From Podarcis pityusensis (taxonomy: Eukaryota): a stretch of 64,000 nucleotides of DNA. A program made the translations under genes and the position numbers. Below, piece after piece: positions 13,197-23,259 of the stretch (its first letter is position 1; each line of letters opens with the position of its first letter). The notes below the pieces were generated by a model. It was given only the letters and a program-made list of their open reading frames with translations, had not been told where the DNA came from and did not search any database. The stretch is from the NCBI GenBank assembly GCA_964106645.2, contig OZ067047.1; one strand, written 5' to 3'.

Positions 13197-13207
13197 TTTA
13201 TTTTATT
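13197..13207 (-). terminator. Candidate distal tandem poly(A) signals of CNOT4
   Basis: Two overlapping AATAAA hexamers on the minus strand, followed by a U-rich tract (CTTTTCCTTTTT). Confidence 0.4.
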
Positions 13208-13278
13208 TCAAGGCATAGGTTCATAGCCCTATTATTTAGTAAAGTGTTTCTTCTGTAGCCAGGGGGACAACTTGACAG

Positions 13279-13284
13279 AATAAA
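13279..13284 (+). terminator. Candidate poly(A) signal of the SUSD3-like gene
   Basis: AATAAA about 350 nt after the stop, followed by T-rich sequence. Confidence 0.5.
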
Positions 13285-13526
13285 GCCACAACCTTTTATG
13301 TCATCTCTAGTCTTTTTCACTGAGGAAGTAGGAAACAGATCAAATGTTATTTCTCCACAGAATACATGACTAGATCTACAGAATTCCTACACAATCAAAG
13401 TGATTTATTGAGAAGTAATACCACGGGGCAGTATGCAACTAAATACTTCTCCTAGTGCAAGCACCTCTGGCTGGGCAATGGAAGTTCATCTTCTTCTCCT
13501 TCCCCTGTGTACCCCCTAAATATGTA

Positions 13527-13758
13527 CAGTGGTACCTCGGAAGTCGAATGGAATCTGTTCTGGAACTCCGTTCGACTTCCAAAACATTCAGAAAACAAGG
13601 TGTTCGGAAAACATTGGCTCCTGCAGCCAATTGGAAGCTGCGTTGGACGTTTGGGTTCCAAAGAACGTTCGCAAACTGGAAGACTCACTTCCAGGTTTGT
13701 GGCATTCAGGAGCCAAAACAGTGAACTCGCAAGGCATTTGGGATCCAAGGTATGACTG
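13527..13758. mobile_element. Tc1/mariner-type MITE, same TIR but different internal sequence
   Basis: TA|CAGTGGTACCTCGG...CCAAGGTATGACTG|TA; CpG-rich relative to flanks. Confidence 0.8.
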
Positions 13759-16700
13759 TACTGGAGACCGGGTTTATGGGGTACACAATGGGCAATTCTG
13801 TTGCATAGTTAAAAGTGCTCGAACTATAGCTGCCCTGTTTAGCTTGATACCACTCGATGGTTTAGTAATACTGGTGACTGCAAGCCATATGACAAATACA
13901 AGATGTGTTCAAGTTCAGACATACTCATTCTTAGATTTGTCACCAGCAACAGGTAAGTGGCATTATTACGCCTCAGTTGCTAGTTTCTCTTGATATCTGG
14001 CTTGTCGTAGTCACTTACATTATGCTGGGATTATGTTGTCTCACCTGGTGCATACAAGTGAGCGTACTCCTAGGGATTCTGACAACATTGCTGCAGATAT
14101 GCATCAGCATCTGGGCTGCCCCACAGAACTGTCACCACCAAGGGAACTCTGAGACTGATTAGTACTTTATCTTCTGCCTTCCTCCTCCCCAAAATGAATA
14201 TAAAAACTGGGGCTCAAGGGTGCTACAAGGGAACTGCACACACCAAGATGCTGCCGAACCTTGTAATTCCATACTCCCATAAAATGGGGCGTCTCATTGA
14301 TTTCCTCTCCCCACCCTCAGCAAAACAACATAACAAGCCAAGTAAACCATAAAAAGAAACCAGGGAGGGGTGTCTACAAATTTGCACAAAACCAGATAGC
14401 TGTGTTGGTCTATTGGAGGCAAAACCAAAAGACACAGAAACTACCTTATTTAGGATCAACCAAAATATCAAACTCACAAGCAGTATTTCAAGTTCTCCAG
14501 ATCTCTTATTCAGGTGGGAATTTTAAATAAAAGGTGACAGGGTGGGGAGGAGAAAATGTAGGGCAAATTATTAAGGCCCAAAGTCATAAGATGGGGACAG
14601 GAAAAGATGCACAGACAGATTAGTTTCTGCTATATATTGATTCAGGCTGCACAAAGGACAACTGGGAAAAAGGGGTAGTAATGACTGTTGCGCAATGACA
14701 TTTCACTAAAAGCAGAAACGTAACTGGTATAAGAATTAGTGTGGTACCTTGCTACATCCTCAAGGAAAGTCCCTATTGAGATCATCTGCTAAAGAAGGGG
14801 TGGGGACATTATCACCCTCTAGATCTTGGTGAACTACAACTCCCATCATCCCTGAGACTTTATATACTGCTTAATCATTAGCATTCCTAAGCAGTGCACA
14901 TGAAAATGAACCATACACAAAGCAAATTCAACCAGCAAAAACCTGAACACTTATGATGCCCGCTGTAAAAAGAAAGTCTTTGTTACATGCCTGAAGTTCA
15001 GTAAGGAGCGTGTCTTTCTAATCTCAGTAGGGAGAGGCTGCCAAAGGCTTGCACTGACAACGCTCAATGTTTGCTGTGTTTTGCTTACTGGGGCTAAATT
15101 GAGTTTTAGTTCAGCAACATTAGTAGGGCCAAAAGTATCCCACTCCTGAACTAGAGATCACTTAAAACCAGAGATGGTAATAATGGTAACGTATTTATAT
15201 TCAAGATGATGGATCTGACAGGGTACATTTGCTAGAGTTAGAAAAATTGCATTTGAGACACACAGTCCAAGACATCCCTATTGCTGGAGAATACAGCACC
15301 TCACGAGCAGCAAGCTCAGAGTACATTTAAACACAGAGAATTCAGGCATGTGGAGAGCCCTCCTTTCACACACTTCGACTGGCAGGGGAGAAGGCCATTT
15401 TCAACAGCAACTAGGAACTTATCTACATTTGCAGAATGCAAGCTATATACAACACACGAAGCAACCTTGTGTGAGGAGTCACATCTACACAAAGTGACTA
15501 AGCATTTGCCTTAGGGAGCAAAAATTATCTAGGATGCAGCTGAACAGGTCCCTGCATTTCAACCCCTTCAGACACAGAATTTGAAATTCTGAAATTCACA
15601 TTGTATTAATGCAATAGAATGTTTATCATTTATGTTAATGCATTTTGCTTGGTTACTTTTTAATCTCTGGGCCCAGAAAACAACTCATACCAAACCATGC
15701 ATTGCGAGCAACAAGTGGAATTGTAGGGACTTGGTTAAATACCTATATTTTCCAGAGTGATGTAGAATCCTTTCATCATCTACTGGATGTACCACCATCT
15801 TTCTATAATTGAACTAAAACAGGTGTCATCCATTCCTTTCAAATCTATATATAGATTGATGTAGTCAGAGGAGAAAATGTACATCCTAAATTTAGGTATA
15901 AAGCAATAAACAAAAGCAGGGGCCAAAAAATAATAATTCTGGTAATACCAAGCAAGTCAATTGGTGTGTAGATCAATTGCAGCTAAACAAACGTGGAAGT
16001 TGTTATACACAGTATGTATCAAATGCTTATGCATTCATTATGCAAGGATTATTTTACATAAACTCAGTTTTCTAGTAAACGCTATTGTCAGTGCTAGTTC
16101 ATTAGTAATCTAAGATTACACGGCTTTTTCTAAACATCTTCAATGGCTCTATGGCTGCAAGGCACAAGTGACCATACTGGATAAAATGTTTTGGAACTCG
16201 TAAAGAAAGCTTGTTTTGAATATCCAGGATATTTGCTAATTTTATAGCTTGAATATCAAAGCTTGAATAGGAAAGACTCTGTATGTGCAGATGCGCGCAC
16301 ACACACAAATTCTAAGTGCCCAAATGCTTCACACATTCTCAGTAGTCTTTACAACAGGCTGAGAACTTTTGAGTATTATCCCCATTATAGAAGGTGGAAT
16401 CAGATGCTAATGCCCAACAGCTTGTTTTAAGTCCACACAGTGTTTCGTGGATGAAAGTCTGATCTGAACCAGAGACTTTCTTTAACTTGTGGCCTGTGCT
16501 ATTCAACACTGTACATGCACTGAGACAGAATACTGTATTCAAGAAAAATGTTCAGAAAAATGAATGTCATTACAACAGTTAGACCTCCTGTATATAAATT
16601 GTGTAGACCGAATTAAAAATGTAAACTACAGAAATGCCTGGGTTTTAAATGTTAAAATTTTCTCAAAAAGGCACACAATATGCAAATCTTATTTTCACAC

Positions 16701-17735
16701 GGTGAGTACATACCAACTTTAAACTTTGCCATAACTAGAGGTAGCCCTCATCTTAGAGGTGGATAATGGTGGCATGCCCTATAGAGCTCTAACTATGCTC
16801 TATAGGACATGCCATCCTGATATAAAACAATATATTCCCCATAACATAAAGGCTGGGCTGACTCCAAGGTAAGATTTCAGCCTTTGTTAGAATTAAGTGG
16901 GTGCCAAAATGCAAGATGTATATTTTTATGTAGGATTATCAGACACATATGCAATCTCACTTTAGAATCTATGGATTAAAACAATACATAAAACTGCTTC
17001 ACTCTTGCTTTCTCCTGGGGTGAAACTGGAAGCATTAAAGATGGTTTATTTGGCCTTGGAACAAGCTATATAGATGTCCTTGTGCTGCCTTCAAGTGCTT
17101 CCCCTTCCATCCTGCTTTCTGGGTTTGGAGAGAACCCTTTAAACAGAATTTCCTGGTTTGGAAGTTGTGGTTTAAGCAGCCTACATTATCAGACCAGGAT
17201 TATGTCTGAACCAGGCTGCTGTGATGGAAGGCATTATTTTATTGTTTACAGCACAAATGGCACACTGATTTTCTGAGCTCAAATAACCAGAAATTGAACT
17301 TTCTTCTGAATAGATTAACACTATTTCTCAGTGTATTTTAAATGCATATGTGCAGTTCCATGTAATAATCAACAGTCAGCAGTGTGCAAAAAGTGGGAAT
17401 ATACAGAACACAATCTCATAAATACTTTTGGTCTATGTAACCCCCCATATGCAATATACACTAAACAATTTTGTAATCCCCTTTGGAAATTCCCCTAAAT
17501 TTAAAAACTATGGAGACAGCACTGCCAAAAAGCAGGATGTTAACTGAGTAAAATACAGTAAAGCTGGGCAAGATATGGCACAGAAAAGCTAATGTTGGCA
17601 CTAGGGCAGAGAGGGCAACAGTCTAATGGGGCATGCACAGACAGCATGTTTTCTGCCAAACCCATCACATGAACTGACAAAAATGAGCACAAAATCAAAG
17701 GAGAACTCACAAAAAGCTGTCATCAAGTTTTCTGT

Positions 17736-17741
17736 TTTATT
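17736..17741 (-). terminator. Candidate proximal poly(A) signal (AATAAA) of CNOT4
   Basis: AATAAA on the minus strand about 1.05 kb after the stop, followed by U/GU-rich sequence. Confidence 0.5.
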
Positions 17742-18784
17742 TAAGATTTTAGTTTTAATTCTGAAGAAAGAGGTACATTTCCTTGTTTTTAGTTTTAGAG
17801 TCAGGTTATAACCATGTTTAATTTTATCTGTTTCTCTTTTCCTGTCTTTCAATACTGCACAAACGTCCAGAAACTACAAGGTTAAGTAAAAGCTGCAGGC
17901 AGAGGTCGTCAAAGGTTGCGCTCCTGATGGTGATCATGTGGCCCCAATGCAGTGCTATCCCAGAGTGCCTTAATCAGGTGATTTTTTTAAAAAAAGAAAA
18001 GAAAAAAAAGAAAGAGAGAATGACAAGGAGACAGAAAGACTGAAGTAAATATCACTCGTGTTTCAGCTGCTTATAATTATATCATGTATATGCTAGGTAT
18101 TAAATCTGTGAATATTTTTAAAACATTACGTTTACTTGAAATCTAAAGCCAAAATTTTAAAATATCCCTCTGTTAAACCACTTCTTAGGAACAAGGCAAC
18201 ATGTCAGTTTATTTCAACAGGCAAACTGTCCTTCAACCCACTTCATGACAAATCTTACTGACAATACTGTCCTACCCTCCCAAACAGGGGGTGGGGGGCT
18301 ATCTCCCTGCATACTGACACACAGAATGCAAAATAAATGCCAGGCCACTGGTTTTCCCCCCTATACCTTGAATCTCTCATTTAAATTAAACTGCTTTTAC
18401 ATCGCTGCATTTGATTCTGAATTTTATATTATTTCCCCCTACTTGACATTTTCTGCTAGGCTAAAGTAATTCCGTGCAAAAGATTTATGAAAATAATATT
18501 TTCCTTTTTATGCACTTTTGATTTCTCTCTCTCTTTTTTCTTTGTGTGTTTAAAGAAAATTCATCAGTGTATTTCAAACACTGGCTTAGCAGAATCTTAA
18601 AATAAAATTAAAAAAAGAGATATGGTTATGACCCTGTGATTGCATTGCATTTGGAGGCTGGTGGGGAAGAGTTTTGATCAGGAACTGGATTCTTCAGAAA
18701 GAAAGATGTGGAGGAGGGACCATGGGTGGGTGTAGGAAGTCTGGGTGGGGCAATTCCTGCATTTCTAATGTTTTTGAACTTTTC

Positions 18785-19086
18785 CTAATGACGATCCAGC
18801 GCTGAGCTCTGTAGTAGATCTGTGGGGGTTTTACTGGGGGGTCTGAAAGCTGTCTGGAAGCCTGGGGGAGGAGAGTGAAAACTGGCGGGGTTTGAAGGTG
18901 GGGAGTAAGGATTCCAACTGGCTCTGTGCAGAGGAATCTGTGTGCTGAAGGGGTTACTGTGGGGGGTCTGTGTCGGGGCAGCACTGGGGCCATCCATCTC
19001 TGTGAGAGCCTGAAGAGATTTTAGCCAGTGTGGTGGATTGTCGTCTTGAAGGGTGTCTAAACTGTTTCCAGCGGAGGCTGGGATAC
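18785..19086 (-). CDS. CNOT4: CNOT4 last coding exon
   Basis: cttcctag|GT ATC CCA...; GIPASAGNSLDTLQDDNPPHWLKSLQALTEMDG...PPPGF...LDRH TAG (18787-18785). Confidence 0.97.
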
Positions 19087-19773
19087 CTAGGAAGAAGAGA
19101 AAACATAGGAGGAGAAAGAGGTTAAGTCAGAGCAAGCAAGAACTTCAAATGTGAAGTAGGTCAGCTTAAACCTAACCAATGGCAATGGTAAGAAAACATT
19201 ATTAGTTTGTACAAAGGACTGTTATAACCATGTTCCAGACAAAACAGTAGTTGAGTTTTCACAAGAAACATTTGCCCCTTGGAAAACTTTTCACACTTTC
19301 TACAACATTCTTCCAGAGATTTATTCACAATCTAGCTCTACCAGATACCATATGATCCTCTACTTTTTTCCAAATCATGCTTTAGCCTTTAAAAGGGAAA
19401 CACAAATAGCCTTATAAGAGAGCTTTATAAACAAGTGGAGTATGTTCCTTTTTAATGAAAAAGAGTCCAGTTAATGTATCAGTGCCTAAGGAATTTCATT
19501 GCACAGAACTGGCAAGCCATTAGATCACAGGGCAACCTACTAAAGTCTAAAGATGTATTGGGAAGACGCTGAACATGCAACAGATATTGGGATGGAGGGT
19601 TTTTCCCCAAAAAGATGCTTGGACCTCTAGAAAGTTTGGTGGATGGAAGCTGGAAGAGACCACCGCATAGAGTTGCTTTTTCTTTCTTTCTTCCAAAAAA
19701 AAGCATTGATTAATTTGTGCAAAATATGCACTTGGTAATTCTCAGTGGAGCTGAATGAGCGAGAAATTGTTAC

Positions 19774-19986
19774 CTGTGATGATTGCGGGGTCCATCCAGC
19801 TGCCAGGGCTGTCCCAATTCAGGCTGTCGGTGGTGGCAGTGTTGGATGTTGGTACACTGTGGTTGGCGTTGGAGGGGGAAGTAGCATTGGGCAGTCCACC
19901 AAAGTTGATGTTAATGTTCGGTAGAAGTGCCCTTAGCCCGTCCTGCCATTCCTTCATATTTAAACTCTCTACAGAACTGTTGTTGT
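19774..19986 (-). CDS. CNOT4: CNOT4 penultimate coding exon
   Basis: ctcccag|AC AAC AAC...ACA G|gtaaca; DNNSSVESLNMKEWQDGLRALLPNININFGG...DPAIIT; 213 nt, phase 1-1 (skippable in frame). Confidence 0.97.
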
Positions 19987-22900
19987 CTGGGAGATTTATC
20001 AACAAAAAAGAAAAAAGAAAATGAAAGATAGAAAATAAAAAGCTGAAGTTAGAAACAGATGCTGTTTTTAGTGAAAGATGGTGGTTCTCTAAGCATTTAA
20101 CACTGATTCCCTATCAAGAGAATGGGGCAATGATGATAAATCAAGATGAAGCTTGAATGTTGGGCCGCCATAGTACGCACTATTACTTAAGCATGTGATG
20201 GAGAAAAGTCCTTCCCCATGAAAATCAGGGTTGAAACCACAATGGTTAAAACACACTGATTTTCATTACTAGCAAGAAAAAAACACAACATCTTCAGATG
20301 AAAGCTCCCATTGTCCAATGACAAGATCTCTCTAGATTTACCAAAGAAGTTCTAACAGCTTCCTACTGAAGAAGATGCAAGACAATGCTACAGAGTCTGA
20401 ACAGGGTTAGAGAATTGTGAAAACTTTATATATCACTTGTACTTTGTCAGAGGTAGGGAGAACCTGTTTTAGCACAGAGACTCTGAAGAAAAAGGAAATC
20501 CCTAAGTCTTTTCAGATGAATTCCAACCTGCTCTGAAGTTATGAATGACACACTAAAGAACCACACTCATATACAGGACTACTAGCTTCAGTCTCTCTAA
20601 GGGAAGAGAAATGACCAGTACTAAATCGTTACTCTACTAATATTAGAAATATTAGGAATATTTGTATGGCATTCTTTGAACTCCAGTCAAACACACAACT
20701 AAGACTTCAAGTCTTAGAGAATTCATAACCAGAAGATATGACTAGCTCACATTTACAAAGGAACAGGCAAAGTTTATGGAGAATAGGCCTATCAACAGTT
20801 GCTAGTTGTGATAACTAAATGGCACTTTGATGTCCGGTGGCAGTACCCCTCTGAGTATGAGATCCTGGAAGCATTAGATTCAGAGGTAACTAGGTAGACA
20901 CTGTTAACAAAAGAATGTTTGACTACATGAATCCTAGGACACAGCAGCTTATTCCCATTATAAAATTATGTTTTTTAAAACTGTTGATTACACATCCAAA
21001 TTCTATAAAAGGTTTAATCAACAAAAAAGTTAAGCTGGACATGACATGTGTATTTAGAAAAACAGAATGTTGAAATTTTTTTGCAAGGAGAAATATGATC
21101 ATTTGATTTGTGAATTTCCATACAGAGACTAAGATGGTCATCTATTGTTCAACTACCACTAATTCCCAATTTATTTGAGCTTTCTTGTTCTGCTGATCTC
21201 TGTAGGTATGTTATTTTAGTTCTATGTTTAAACACCTACAAGTGACTGAGATGGGTTTCATCTGCTGGTGAAACACGAGGAAGTAACTTGTTGATTCCCC
21301 TTTGGCCAGAAGGCTCCAGCACCACCTCCCATGCTGTTCTGGAGGGTTCTCCAACCACATGGAGCAGGTGGTTTTTTTTGGTTTTTTGGAGGACACAAGC
21401 AGCTGAAGGGGAAGCAGGCAACTGAAAAGTCATCTCCCCCTCTTCCACCAGAAGAAATGTCTCGTGAGTGGGACTCTGCTTAGGTAGTGGGTCTTGCAGG
21501 CATTAGCCAAGTCTGGATCCAAACCAGAATTTGAAAATAAAATAAATGCTGCAACTGTTTTTAAGTTGTCATATTTGTTTGGATACTTAAAGTGACAAAT
21601 CCTCATCTTTGGTAAGACAGATTTTTTTTTTGGGGGGGGGAATACAAAGTAAGGATTAATTACTTGACAATACTTTCTAGAACTAGTGATCCAGAGTCAC
21701 CTTTCTTCTCTTGTGAATAGCATTTGGACAGAGTATACAGCCTTTCTATAACTGATTGAACATCCTCAAGAATCATGAGACAGATTTCAATCTATATCTG
21801 TAAAAAGGTCCACTATTAAGAGCATTTACCCAAGCTATGTCTGACAAGAAGACTGTCTATATTCCTTTGGGGGGGGGTCTAACTATGTACCGATGAGCAC
21901 ATGCTCATGAAGGCCTTTCCAGATATACAGTTAAGAGCTGATCTGAAATGGGAGTCAAGAGAGAAATGGGGAAAGAGCAAACAAGCAAGAGGAGCAATGT
22001 TTATCACTCACCGCCCATTGAAGTTACAACTATTGCAGCCTTCAAATCACAAACCAAGGGCACATAACTGCCCTTCCTCAAGAAGCAAACTTTAAAAGCA
22101 AAACCTGAAAGGTGACGTGGGGTATTGTGAAAATGACCACAGTTTAGAGTCAAATCAATTGAAAAATAAGTGAAAATGGTCTGCCATAGGCAGAGGATTA
22201 CTGCGTGGACAGCAATTTATTTAAATGGGGACAATATTTAACAAGTTACCCTGGAGGCTGTTCAAGTCATGGGAAAGAAGAAGTGGACTACCAAGCACTG
22301 AAAGGCAAACGGCACCCATCTCAGAGAGTGAAATAATTTGGGTTGCTCAATATTTGTTGTTAGTAAACCAATGAAAGCTATTTTAACTTAGTATCAGTGT
22401 GTAAGAGTAAGCACAAAAAATGTGACCTCTCAGCTACCGCTGCAAAGGAACTGTTGCGTGAAACAGGTGGTCTACACTACTTATCACTTCAGGGCTAAAC
22501 CAAAGCAGTAAGGTTGTCCTCAACTACTGACAAATACTTCTCAAATACTGAAAAGTGCTCAAAAAAGCAGTCTCTAGGCTTTGAGAGATGCACTGTGCAC
22601 TCAACTAGGTATCTGGTGTAGATATAATACTCCCAGTTTGCTATCTACCATTAACCAAATAAGGAGTGGGCAGGCAGGTTCTGTCTCCCCTCTCCATCCT
22701 TTCCTTCTGCAGCATGAATTCCCTTTGTCCTTCCCCTGCTGACCTTAACCACATTAATTCAGCAGAAACATTAATTGCTACACAGGAATATGGTTTCAGG
22801 CTCAGAATTTAGCTTACTGAGAACCTTGGCTTCTTTGTTTTTACCACAAGGGTTGGAGCATATGTGATCAATGACTTGTGAAAGCTCAGAAACCAAATAT

Positions 22901-23156
22901 AGTATTATGTTTAATTTCTTTATTCTACCCCTCTTCACAAAGGAGCCCAGGGTGACAATATGGCTGCATAATATTTCTAGTGAGGTAGAGTGGGGGCTTG
23001 AGGGCTCCTCGCTGGTCCTGGCCTCTCCTCAAATGGTTAGGAGCAGATAAATGATAGAAACGAAACAAGGTGAAAGGGAAATGCATAATAGAGGTGGTAG
23101 AATTCAGAAAGGGTTACCCTAGTTCAGCAACTTTTTTTCTTCTTAAGTATTTAAGA

Positions 23157-23259
23157 CAGGCCTCCCCAAACTCCCTGACCACTGGTCCTGTTACTGTAGA
23201 TAGGGATGATGGGAGTTGTAGTCCCAAAACAGCTGGACGGCCGAGTTTGGGGATGCCTG
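23157..23259. mobile_element. Internally deleted hAT-type MITE, related to 62363
   Basis: CAGGCCTCCCCAAACTC...GAGTTTGGGGATGCCTG; perfect 8-bp TSD ATTTAAGA. Confidence 0.85.

Noticed and set aside
18694-18993. 99-aa alternative-frame ORF overlapping the last CNOT4 exon
   Set aside because: Expected from C-rich Pro/Ser codon usage; no splice route into this frame was identified
21430-21512. Possible alternative terminal exon DLANACKTHYLSRVPLTRHFFWWKRGR*
   Set aside because: Mediocre acceptor and no other support visible in the sequence
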